DNA of 64,000 bases, from NCBI RefSeq assembly GCF_001194135.2, contig NC_068982.1, forward strand, positions 134,420,733 to 134,484,732, in the 5' to 3' direction. This stretch comes from Octopus bimaculoides (taxonomy: Eukaryota). A program made the position numbers and the translations under genes. Each line of letters opens with the position of its first letter. The first letter of the stretch is position 1. The notes below the pieces were generated by a model. That model was given only the letters and a program-made list of their open reading frames with translations, was not told where the DNA came from and ran no database searches. Below, one piece after another: positions 38,882 through 50,769 of the stretch.

Positions 38882-39767
38882 TAACCGAATCTGACAACTG
38901 GCATCCATGCCAACCTCTCCTTCATTGGACACTAAACTCTGCTTGTGAAGACCTGTTGGGGCAAGTGAAATCAGAATCGAAATCGAAATTGAACCATATT
39001 CGATGACTGGCACCTGCGCCAGTGGAGCACTAACAGCACTGTCCAAGCGTGTTCATTGCCAGAGCAGCTGTCTAGCTTCCGTGCTAGTGGCCTGTAAATA
39101 GCACCATTTGAGCGTAAACGTTACCAGCGTCGCCTTCTAGCACTTGTGCTGGTGGCACATTAGAAAATCATTCGAGCGAGGTTGTTGCCAGTGTCGCTGG
39201 ACTGGCTCCCGTGCAGGTGGCATGTAAGAAACACGTTTTGAGTGAGGCCATTGCCAGTACCGTGTGACTGGCCCTTGTGCCTGTGGCACGTAAAAGCACT
39301 CACTTCACTCTCGGAGTGGTTGGCTTAAGGAAGGGCATCCAGCTGTAGAAACTCTGCCAGATCAGATTGGAGCCTGGTGCAGTCTTCTGACTTGCCAGTC
39401 CTCAGTCAAATCATCCAACCCATGCTAGCATGGAAAGCAGACGTTAAACGATGATGATGATGATGATACAATTGGTCATGTTAAATACATAAATACTTTA
39501 ATAGTATTAATACTTTGATACAATAGAGCACCCAATATAAATTCAGTATATAATATTCTCATTGAATATATTTAACTAAAGAGTTATATATATGTATGTA
39601 TAAATAGATAGATAGATAGATATAAATATATATATAAAACATGATTTATTCGTAATCAGAGGCATTCGTAAACCAAGGTACTACTGTATTAAATGAATAT
39701 GAGAAAGACAGGAGATAAAGCACGATTTATTCATGATCAAGGTTGTTCGAAAACTGAGGTTCTACTG
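38793..39767. mobile_element. Tigger/pogo-type non-autonomous element with nested insertions
   Basis: TA|cagtagtacctcagtatttgaacaac ... gttgttcgaaaactgaggttctactg|TA; ~45-bp imperfect TIR. Confidence 0.7.
38885..39467 (+). mobile_element. Family B RTE-type element (nested)
   Basis: About four internal units, (GAT)n tail. Confidence 0.85.
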
Positions 39768-39845
39768 TAATTGTTAAAATCAACAATAAAGTCTGAGGAA
39801 ACAAGTAAGGGTCTGCAGTGACCTCCCACTACCTTTTGCTTCAGT

Positions 39846-39896
<51 letters not shown>

Positions 39897-40859
39897 GGCA
39901 CCACTAGGAAACAACAGTCTCTATTGAAAGATACTGAGAGAATCAAATTAATGCAAGAACTCTAGGGTGCCTAGGGATCTTTAGAGACTACATAAAAAGC
40001 TATTTCATTCGTAAATGTTGAATCAGAGTATAATTACACTAAATTATCTAATTAGAAAAAAGTTAATATTTTGTGTGTGTATGTGTGTGTGTGTGTGTGT
40101 GTTTATGTACAGACTTCGTTTTGTGGTAGTATGTTTATCCACAAATATATACATACATATATATATATGCATATATAAATGCATGTAACTATATATATGT
40201 ACACATACACACACACGTGTATATATGCATGTATAAATGCATGTGTATATACATACAAACGTATAGATGTATAGATGTATATACGTATCAATAGTCGTAT
40301 GTATGGCTGTGGGTTAATGTACTACTGCAAAAACAAACTTTTACCCCAGTTTTAAAATATTACTGGGAGCCCTTACAGTTTCTGCAGACTAGGGATTTAT
40401 GAATTCTAAATCTGGCATTGGGTACTTGAATAATTAGATATTTCCTTTTCCTTGTGGTAAACCAAACTATTGCACTTTTGAACTGTTTTAAACTGTTGAA
40501 CTAAAGAAGAGATAAGGGAAAAAAACTGATGAGTCAGGGGAAAAGAAGATATAGAAGTGAAAGAAGAAGATGATAATGATAATAATGAAGAAGAAGAAGA
40601 GTATGAGATGCAGCCTGGCTATAATTAAGATCATATGCAGTTACTATCTAATTTCAATCTGAGGGAACATATAGACAAGTACTTATAATTTTTTTTCTGT
40701 GAGATTAATATACTAACCTAGTGGTAAGTGTGTTGGTCTCTCAATCAGAGGGTCATAGCCAATGTTCCCTCTTGTTTTTTGCTGTGGACATATGCAGCAA
40801 TTTCATTGTGTGTAAATTTTGTCTTTCTTTGCATCTGTGTGGGTGTCCATCACCAAAGG

Positions 40860-41200
40860 TTCTTTGTGCCGGTGGCACATGAAAAGCACCATTCAAGCGT
40901 GGTCAATGCCAGTGCTGACTGACTGGCCCTGTGCCAGTGGTATGTAAAAAGCACCATTCAAGCATGGTCAATGCCAGTACCGCCTGACTGGCCTTCGTGC
41001 TGGTAACACATAAAAAGCACCCGCTACACTCTCAGATTGGTTGGCATTAGGAAGGGCATCCAACTGTAGAAATTTTGCCAGATTGGATTGGAGCCTAGTG
41101 CAGCCTTCTGGCTTGCCAAACCCTCAGTCAAACTGTCCAACCCATGCCAGCATGGAAAGCAGATGTTAAACGACGATGGCGATGACGATGATGATGATGA
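40860..41200 (+). mobile_element. Family B RTE-type element
   Basis: Three ~65-nt units, (GAT)n tail, followed directly by a family C SINE (41210-41410). Confidence 0.85.
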
Positions 41201-41944
41201 TCCTGAAGACAGTGAGTTGGCGGAATCGTTAGCACATCAGACAAAATGCTTAGCAGCATTTCTTCTGACTCTTTATGTTCTGAGTTCAAATCTCATTGAG
41301 GTCAACTTTGCCTTTCATTCTTTCAGGATTGGTAAAATAAAGTACCAACCAAGTATGGGGTTGATGTAATCACCTTGTTCCCTCACCTCAGAAATGGTTG
41401 GCCTTGAACCCTGCAATGAACTGGCATCCTGTTCAGGGGTAATGTTGTGATCTTGGTCACTGAAATGCCATGGAAACAAGGTGACTGGTTTTTTATTCAA
41501 CAAAAACAATAACAACCATGTAACAAAAACATCTTTAAATGATTATTCTGGAGCATATTCACCATCTATTTCAATTACTGCTTCCCATTTGCTTGTCAGA
41601 CAGTCAGACCATCATTTAAAAATGTTTTTGTTAAATATTGTTATTGTTTTTGTTGAATAAAATTTGTTGTAAAAAAGCCACAATAATTATGCACCAACCC
41701 AATATGTATGCATGTGTGTATATATGTTTGTGTGTCTGTGTTTTTCCCCGCAACATCACTTGACAATCGATGCTGGTGTGTTTACATCCCCATAATTTAG
41801 CAGTTCAGCAAAAGATATCGATAGAATAAGTACTAGGTTTACAAAGAATAAGTCCTGGGGTTGATTTGTTCGACTAAAAGGCGGTGCTCTAACATGGCCA
41901 CAGTCAAATGAAACAAATAAAAGAGTAAAAGGTAGAAGAGTATA

Positions 41945-42070
41945 CGAGGGATTAATGAAAAGTTTTGAGCCCCGAAGGCCTTTGAGCTTTCAAGTCTTGT
42001 ACCTTCATCAGAAGTCTTGTACCATGTTTTGTTTTTTTTTTGAGGTTTGAGACTTTTCATACACCCCTTG
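41945..42070. mobile_element. mariner-like mini-element containing a hammerhead-like core
   Basis: TA|cgagggattaatgaaaagttttgagcc ... ggtttgagacttttcatacaccccttg|TA imperfect TIRs; internal minus-strand CUGAUGA...GAAA-GC-UC. Confidence 0.5.
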
Positions 42071-42132
42071 TATATCGTTTGTAGAAAACATAAATCCAGA
42101 GGAGAAGCACACTCTAAGATATAGAGCAGTCT

Positions 42133-42452
42133 ATATTTTTTTCTGGGGATGGCCAGTTTATGGGATTACCTTGGGTTTCCTGTCTATAAAGGGTTTAGTT
42201 TTATGGTGTATTGTCAGACCCCAAAATTGTTGACCTAAGACCTCTTCGAAATATAACTATATAATACACACACACATGCATACATGCACACATACACACG
42301 TGCACTCACACACATACACACAGACACAACTATATTTTGAAAAGGTCTTAGGCCAACAGGTTTTGGTGTTTGATGATACATCATAAAGTTAAACCCTTTA
42401 TGGACAGGAAACCCAGGGTAATCCCATAAACTGGCCTTCCCCAGAAAAATAT
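42133..42452. repeat. Foldback element: ~125-bp inverted arms around a CA-rich spacer
   Basis: atatttttttctggggatggccagtttatgggattacc... pairs with ...ggtaatcccataaactggccttccccagaaaaatat; about 85% identity by eye. Confidence 0.9.
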
Positions 42453-42489
42453 GTATACACACACACATATATAGGTACAGAGATATATA

Positions 42490-42825
42490 TAGGCACAGAT
42501 ATGGCTGTGTGGTAAGGAACTTGCCTCTCAACCACATGGTTCTAGGTTTTTGCCCTGCTGTGTGGCACCTTTGGCAAGTGTCTTCAACTATAACCTCAGG
42601 CTGTGTGTGTGTGTGTGTATGTGTGTTTGTTTGTAGCACCACCACTGCTTCACAATGAGTGTTGGTGTGATTATATCGCTGTAACTTAGTGGTTTAGCAA
42701 AAGAGATTGATAGAATAAACACCGGGATTTTAAGAAAAGTATTGGGGTTGATTCATTTGACTAAAATTCTTCAAGGTGGTGCTCCAGCATGGCTGTAATC
42801 TAATGACTGAAACATTTAAAAGATA
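42490..42825 (+). mobile_element. SINE family A, diverged
   Basis: Colinear with 53300-53690. Confidence 0.75.
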
Positions 42826-43865
42826 TAGATTTATATATATATGACAAGCAGAACATTAAGGGTGTGAAAATAAGAGGGAGGGAAAGCTGCCCCAACATTA
42901 GCCTAGAACTCATTTATAGACTGGAGCAACATGAAATGAAGTGCCTTGCCCAAGGACACAACACACTGCTTGCTCTTGGAATTGAACCCTCAACAGTATG
43001 ATTGATCATGAGCCCAACAGCCTAACCACTCAGCTAGATGCCTTCACAGTTCTGTGTAATGTGTTTTCTATTTTCGTTTTATACTGACATATTTAATTTC
43101 CCTCTTAAACTTGATTTTCTTTAAAATAAAAATAAAATAACATTTGAAAGCTCCTTTGCATCTAATTCACACCAATAGAGTAGTTCTACAGTGTTTCCAT
43201 AGACTACGGTAATGAACTGTGACATGCCTTGAAAACTTGAGAGAATTAAGCCAATTAAGGTGTCAGATTGAAGAAGAAAGAAAAAAAAAAAAGGAAAAGA
43301 ATGTTCTTAAAATATCCCTGCTTTAGAAATATTACAAAAATGAATAGTGGGTACCTGAAAGCAATGGACTGCACTGGTAGATGAAATAATAAATAGTTTT
43401 CGACAAAAAGTATTTACCATGTTAGCAATGTTCATTGTTGATTAAGTGGTCAGAAGCAGAAAAGAATGTTAATGAGAATTGCAGGTAGACTGACCTTAAA
43501 ACCAAATGAGATGAAGCATTGGATATTTAAAAGTACATTGAGGTAAGTAGAGTAAGAGGAATATTAATACACTGGGCTAACCCTTTTGTTACCATGTTCC
43601 TGTGGAAATATATTGTATTCGTTTCAGCTAATTATGTTCTTGTTTCACTTAATTTGTTTCAATTAATTGAAATAATTATGAAAATAATGAAGAAAGTAAT
43701 TTTCCATTATTAAGCTGATATTTGGGACATAAATTAACATGAAATTTCAATGGAAGATTTTAAATTATATCACTTTAATTCTTTTGTTACCATAATTCTG
43801 ATGAAATATACCTATACTGTTTTCATTTTAGTTAAATAATGAAGAATACAGAGAAAGTAACTTTG

Positions 43866-44071
43866 CCATTTCTTTTACTTGTGTCAGTCATTTGACCACG
43901 GCCATGCTGGAGCACTGCCTTTAGTCAAACAAATCGACCCCATGACTTATTCTTTGTGAGTCTAGTACTTATTCTATCGATCTCTTTTGCCGAACTTCTA
44001 AGCTATGGAGACGTAAACATACCAACATCAGTTGTCAAGTGGTGGTGGGGGGCAAACACCGACACACAAAC

Positions 44072-44113
<42 letters not shown>

Positions 44114-44288
44114 GTATATATATACAATGGGCTTGTTTTAGTTTCCATCTACCAAATCCACTCACAAGGCTTTGGTCAGCCTGAGGCTATAGTAGAAGAT
44201 GCTTACTTGTCCAAGGTGCCACACTGTTGGACTGAACCTGGAACCATGTAGTTGAGAAGCAAGCTTCTTACCAAACAGCCATGCCTGT
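43866..44288 (-). mobile_element. SINE family A, full length
   Basis: Colinear reverse complement of 53300-53690. Confidence 0.9.
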
Positions 44289-44302
44289 ACATATATTATT
44301 AA

Positions 44303-44504
44303 CCCATTAATGTTCAGATTACTCTGTCAAATGTAATACTTACTTATTCATGTTGTTTTCAATTAGCTTTAAGATTTTGATGATGTAATTCTTTATTTTT
44401 AGAATGACATTGCAAGATAGGAATATGAGGCCAAATCTGGCCAGTTTGAACATTAAACAGGTAGAATATTTGGGTTGGATATAATTAGTTTAAATGCTAA
44501 AGAG
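44303..44504. mobile_element. piggyBac-type MITE family 2
   Basis: TTAA|cccattaatgtt ... aatgctaaagag|TTAA; similar to 56814-57015. Confidence 0.7.
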
Positions 44505-44607
44505 TTAAGCTGATGTTTGGGACATAGATTAATCTGAAATTTTGATGAATGGGTTTAATTTGGATCACTTAAATCTTTTGTTACTAATTTCTATTGAACT
44601 ATATCTC

Positions 44608-45009
44608 TCTTTTACTCTCTTTTACTTGTTTCAGTCATTTGACTGTGGCCATGCTGGAGCATCGCCTTTAGTCGAGCAAATCGACCCCAGGACTTATTCT
44701 TTGTAAGCCTAGTACTTATTCTATCGGTCCTTTTTGCCAAACCGCTAAGTTACGGGGACGTAAACACACCAGCATCAGTTGTCAAGCGATGTTGGGGGGA
44801 CAAACACAGACACACAAACATACACACACACACACATATATATACATATATACGATGGGCTTCTTTCAGTTTCCGTCTACCAAATCCACTCACAAGGCTT
44901 TGGTCGGCCCAAGGCTATAGTAGAAGACACTTGCCCAAAGTGCCATGCAGTGGGACTGAACCCGGAACCATGTGGTTCATAAGCAAATTACTTACCACAT
45001 AGCCACTGC
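44608..45009 (-). mobile_element. SINE family A, full length, low divergence
   Basis: Many CpGs retained; colinear with 53300-53690. Confidence 0.9.
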
Positions 45010-46305
45010 TTTTGTTTCAGTTAATTTTTGAAAATAATGAAGAGTTTAGTAATGTAACTGTATCATTCATAAACTGGTGTTCGAGAAGAAATTAACATAA
45101 GATTTTGATGGAAGATAATATTTTAGATCACTTTAAAACATAACCTTTTGTCATAGAACCAGAGGCAGTCTCAAGTGGGATGGTAGAAATAAGGATAAAC
45201 CTCTTTATGTGATGGTGATGCAGTAGGAACTCCTGTAACTCTTTTGTAACCATATTTCTGGCATTAGGAAGGGCCTCCAACCATAGAAACCATGCTAGAA
45301 CAAACAAAAGAGCCTGGTGAAGCCCCTGGCTGGCCTTACTAGCTCCTGTCAAACCACTCAACCATTGCCTGCATGGAACAGGCAAAATAGCCTGGTGAAG
45401 CCCCTGGCCTTACTAGCTCCTGTCAAACCACCCAACCAATGCCTGCATGGAAAATGGACATTAAATGATGATGATGATTTCTGTTGGAAGACACTGCTCC
45501 TTGTTTCAACCAATTCTTTAAAATAATGAAGAATTTGGTAAACCATCTTTCTCATTAATAATGCTGGTGTTTGGAACATAAATTAACTTGGGGTTTTCAC
45601 AGACAGGTTGATATAAAAAGGGTCAGACATCGCAAAAAGAATGTTATCATGTGTGTTCTGTTGCTAGAACCAGGTTAGTAACAGATAAAACAATAGATTA
45701 ACCCACCTGAAACCATCCTTGGTTCTATGATACAAATTATGTGCTTTAAACTGATCTAGATTAAAACCTTCAATCAAAATTTTATGTTAATTCATGTTCC
45801 ATACACCAGCTGAATAATGAAAAAGTTATTTTACTAAATTCTTCATTATTTTCAAAATTAATTAAAAATTTTGTTTTGTCTCCTTTCTCAGTTCTGAGTT
45901 CAAATCTAACTGGAATCTATTTTGCGTTCATCTCTCTGACAACAGTAATATAAGTATATTTTACCCCCAGTTTTTCTCATTGGCACAAAGCCAAAATTTT
46001 AATTCAAGTACCCATCTCTGGTACTTATATTAAATTTTGGGCCTAGTGCCAATGTGAAAAATTTGAAGTAAAATAAAGTGAATCTGTTCTTTAGACAAAA
46101 ATGTTGCTTATGATACATGTGCTGAACCATGTATTGCCTTGATGTTTTGTCTTGTGAAGAATGGATGAAAACAATATGTTTTCTATTGAATAGCTGCTGC
46201 TTATTGGACATTCTGAAATCATTATCATTTGTTGAGCATATGTGTTGCCATCTACAACTTCTAAAGCACTTTGTGTGTGTGTATCTGTGTATATATGTAT
46301 GTGTG

Positions 46306-46336
<31 letters not shown>

Positions 46337-46353
46337 ATATATGTATGTATATA

Positions 46354-46417
<64 letters not shown>

Positions 46418-46477
46418 GCTATATTAAATCTCTGAGCAAGAGGTAAACAGTAACAGTATGGAATCGTAAAATATACT

Positions 46478-46789
46478 TGCCAACTAAATGTGGTGGTCCC
46501 ATAGAGGATGATGTTACTGTTGTTTTTAGTCCCAGGAAGACATCTCCTCCAGCTTGCTAACAACACACTGTTTGTGTCCGATTAGTATTTGTGAGGGGAG
46601 GTCATTGCTCGCATCTCTAACCTTATGTGATACTCATAGACACGTAAGACTAGAGATGGGAGCAATGACCTCCCCTCACAAACACTAATGAAACACAGAC
46701 AGTGTGTCGTTAGCCAGCAGGAGATGTCTTCCTGGAACTAAAAACAACAGTAACGTCATCCTCTCTGGGATTGCCACATTTAGTCGACA
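46478..46789. repeat. Long foldback palindrome (~150-bp arms, ~11-nt loop)
   Basis: actaaatgtgg...gaggatgatgttactgttgtttttagt...cttatgtg | atactcataga | cacgtaag...actaaaaacaacagtaacgtcatcctc...ccacatttagt; mismatches mostly transitions. Confidence 0.9.
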
Positions 46790-48080
46790 TCCTAAATGCA
46801 CTGAGTGAGGGCTCTAATGAGGATGTCATATACCTTGATTTCAGCAAGGCTTTTGACAGAGTCGACCACAATATACTGTTAAGGAAACTATCCAACGCTG
46901 GAGTCGGTGGAAAGCTACTTCAATGGATTAGGTATTTCCTAACAAACAGGACCCAGCATGTTGTGATTGATGGCATCCACTCAAGACCAGCAAAAGACAT
47001 CAGTGGAGTCCCACAGGGTACTGTGCTGGGTCCACTTCTTTTTATTGTCTATATCAATGACATTGCAGATTCCGTTGAACATAGCACCCTAAACATATTT
47101 GCAGATGACACTAAGCTCCAGAAAGTCATTAAGGGAGCATATGATCGAACAATGCTTCAATCGGACCTATGCGCAGTAACTCAGTGGGCACAAAAAACAA
47201 TATGAAGTTGAACAAAGAAAATTTGAGCTCATCCACTTTGGAAGAGAGGGCACACTCAAACAACCATATATACTACCATTGGGAGACCTACTTGAACCAT
47301 TGGATAATATCAGAGACTTAGGTCTAACTGTTGACAGCAACCTTAGCTGCAGTGTGCACATCAACAAAAAAGTCGATGTTGCTCACAGATTGTGCTCATG
47401 GATCCTCAGAACTTTTCCATCTAGGGATCATGAAACCATCATCCTTCTCTTCTCCACTTTCGCTAGGCCCCACCTCAAATACTGCTGCCCATTGTGGTCC
47501 CCCTACAAAAAACAAGACATAATGAGGATCGAAACGCCACAAAGATCAATCACAAAAAATAATAAATGGCATGATGAGACTTGATTATTGGACTCAACTT
47601 AAACAGCTGAAGCTCTATTCTCTGCAATGCTGCCATGAGTGATACATTATTTGCACTATGTGGAAAATATTCCACCAATATTATCCAAATGATGTCTGTT
47701 ATTATGTTTACAATTCACCCAAGACTAGGCCCCCATGCAATGCGTCCCCTACAAAGGTCGAGATCACATCACATAAGAACATTGTGACACAATTTCTCCA
47801 CTGCAAATAGTCCTGCTCTTTTCAATGTTATCCCAAAAGAAATTTAAGTAGAAAAAAACTCTAAAACTTTCAAATGGTACCTGGACAAATTCCTCCAGGA
47901 AATACCGGATAAACCACATACACCTGAATACGTCTCAACCAACAACAACTCTCTGCTTGAGTGGTCCATGGTGTCCCGAAATAATTAACTAAAAGACTTT
48001 TCCAGGTGGTGCTATTGAGTTAGTCATGGCCTGGGCTGATAATGGCCAAAACCAATCAAAGTTATTTAAGTTATCTAGAT
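46771..48080 (+). mobile_element. 5'-truncated CR1-clade LINE; reverse transcriptase pseudogene
   Basis: VIYLDFSKAFDRVDH, SGVPQGTVLGPLLFIVYIND, FADDTKL, YCCPLWSPY; frameshifts near 47205 and 47575; 3' UTR to ~48080. Confidence 0.92.
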
Positions 48081-48165
48081 TATATATATCGTCTGTAAAA
48101 AACATAAATCTGAAAGAAGAAGCACACTCTAAGATGTAGAGCAGTATATTGGCCTTCCCCATTTG

Positions 48166-48206
<41 letters not shown>

Positions 48207-49317
48207 CATTCACACTCATATGCATGCATTCATACATATGTATGTATATGAATGTGTGTGTGTATATGAATATATTTATATGCAGTACATAAATTTTTAG
48301 AGTATGTTTCTTTTCAGATTTATGTATTACTGACTGATTATATATATAAATATATGAATGTCTACACAAGTACGTACATATGTGTGTGTGTGTCTATCAT
48401 CATCATCTTTTAACGTCTGCTTTCCATGCTGGCATGGGTTGGACGGTTTGACTGAGGGCCGGCAAGCCAGAAGGCTGCACCAGTTTCCAATCTGATCTGG
48501 CAAAGTTTCTACAGCTGGATGTCCTTCCTAACGCCAACCACATATACACACATGCATGCATACATGCACACATCTATTTATAGGGATGATATTACCTAGC
48601 TCAGAAATAAGTGAGGGTTAGCAACAAGAAGAACATCCAGACATAGAAAATATTTATCAATGAATCTCATCTAACCCATATGAGCATGAGAAAATAGACA
48701 TGAATTCAATAATGAAGATGACGAAAATGATGCTGCGTTTATCAACCATTCCATTTACTTTTTCATGTTTGACCTTACTGACATGAAATGACCCAGCCAG
48801 AAGATAAACAATTCTTGTACCAACACTGCCACCCACAGGTTCTTTGAAACATGCCATATATTATTATGTCCATTTCAATATGGCAGCAGAAATACAAGTG
48901 AGAATTTGTAGATGTTGCTCGTTGATGTTATTGTTGTGTTGAGAGCAAATGATGCAGTGCCAAGTTGTTAATAATCTCAGGCTGTAAACCAAATTTCGAA
49001 TACATTTGGAAATTAGTTTCACATTTCCAGTCATTAATTCTTTACTTCTGTTAGTTGTTGACATATTTATTTTACTTTCCCACATCTAATTTCATCCTAT
49101 CTTCCTCTCTCTCTCATTGCATTTTAGTTTGTGTATGTAATTGTATACAATTATGCTTTATACATACCATATATACATTTACTGTGCATATATTAAGTGC
49201 GTATGTATGTATTATGTATTAAGTATGTAGTATTATGTATATGTGTGTGTATATATGTAGATATAGGATATACTTTTCGTAATGAGATAAAAAAAAAACC
49301 AAGGCTGTGTATAATAT

Positions 49318-49692
49318 TGTTGGCACTCCGTTGCTTACGACGTTGAGGGTTCCAGTTGATCCAATCAACGGAACAGCCTGCTCGTGAAATTAACGTGGCT
49401 GAGCACTCCATAGACACGTGTACCCTTAACATAGTTCTCGGGGATATGCAGCGTGACACAGTGTGACAAGGCTGACCCTTTGAATTACAGGCACATCAGA
49501 AACAGGAAGTAAGAGTGAGAGAAAGTTGTGGTGGAAGAGTACAGCAGGGTTCGCCACCATCCCCTGCCGGAACCACGTGAAGCTTTAGGTGTTTTTGCTC
49601 AATAAACACTCACAACACCCGGTCTGGGAATCGAAACCGCGATCCCATGACCGCGAGTCTGCTGCCCTAACCACTGGGCCATTGCGCCTCCA
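49318..49692 (-). mobile_element. SINE family D, full length
   Basis: 13-bp TSD ctgtgtataatat (49305-49317 / 49693-49705). Confidence 0.9.
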
Positions 49693-49726
49693 CTGTGTAT
49701 AATATAGAACATTTATAAATCGAATG

Positions 49727-49772
49727 TCTTACAGCTGTTTCCAGGATATTTATTATATCCCTTCATCAGAGA
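49727..49772 (-). ncRNA. Minimal type-I hammerhead ribozyme motif
   Basis: UCU-CUGAUGA-agggauau(aauaa)auauccug-GAAA-CAGCUG-UA-AGA: intact core, 6-7-bp helix II, palindromic helix III ACAGCUGU, GUA triplet; helix I only 3 bp. Confidence 0.55.
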
Positions 49773-49844
49773 TGGTGCGAGAGGATGATTAAGCAATAGT
49801 TAGTTTAGTTAAGATAGGAATAGAGAGTGAATGTAGGGATATTA

Positions 49845-50250
49845 CCATCATCATCTCTTAACGTCCGCTTTACATGCTGACATGGGTTGGATGGTTTGAT
49901 TGAGGACAGGCAAGCCAGGAGGCTGCACGTGGGTCCAATCTGTTCTGGTAAGGATCTACAGCTGAATGCCCTTCCTAACGCCAACCACTCAGAGTGTAGT
50001 GGGTGCTTTTTACATGCCTCTAGCACGGGGGCTAGTCAGGCAGCACTGGCATCCATCACGCTTGGATGGTGCTTTTTACATGCCACCAGCACAGGAGCCA
50101 GTCAGGTGGCACTGGCATTGACCACGCTCAAATGGTGCTTTTACATGCCACCAGCATGGGAGCCAGTCAGGCGGTACTGGCATTGGCCACACTTAAATGG
50201 TGCAACAGGTCTTCTCAAGCGCATCATATTGCCCAATGATTTAAGGGTAC
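49845..50250 (-). mobile_element. Family B RTE-type element
   Basis: (CAT)n tail, tandem units. Confidence 0.8.
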
Positions 50251-50433
50251 TTTTAAATGGGCCAGTTAGAAACTGGTTGGAGGCACAACCTTCCGAGTTC
50301 TTTTACAGGGCTTAGGACCGTTGCAATAGTGTGTGAATCTAAGAGGGGTATGTTGTGAATAAAATCATAATTAATTGATCCTCCTGTATTTTCTTTTACC
50401 CAAAGCCAAGAACTTTTCAGCACTATCTTGTAC
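50250..50433. mobile_element. mariner-type MITE, partial, inverted relative to 33564-33780
   Basis: Reverse-complement similarity, including the agaacttttcagcac terminus. Confidence 0.7.
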
Positions 50434-50769
50434 ATTTTATTATATTAAAAAAATATCCACCGATTAAAGTAGAATGAGCGAGCAACACCACACCTGAAAT
50501 AATAGTAGAATATTCCTGATATACGCAAAAGAAAAAGAGCAATCTACTCCGCATGGATTTAATAATGGGTCTGGTTTTAAGTTCTAATATGTGAGGTACC
50601 TTGAGTGCCGGTGCAGCTCTTTCTCTCTCCTCACCTACTACACACTGGATGTATCACTGTGCCAAAGGATGGGAGAGTCAAGAGGATATTTATGCCTACT
50701 TATTACTACATAATTACCTAAAACAATTAGCAAAAGCACATTCATTTGTGCTTGATGGCTGGGTCTTTT

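Noticed and set aside
40526-40545. CTGATGA followed by purines
   Set aside because: No helix II, helix III or helix I pairing; chance match. The same applies to CTGATGA at ~33193 and ~43799.
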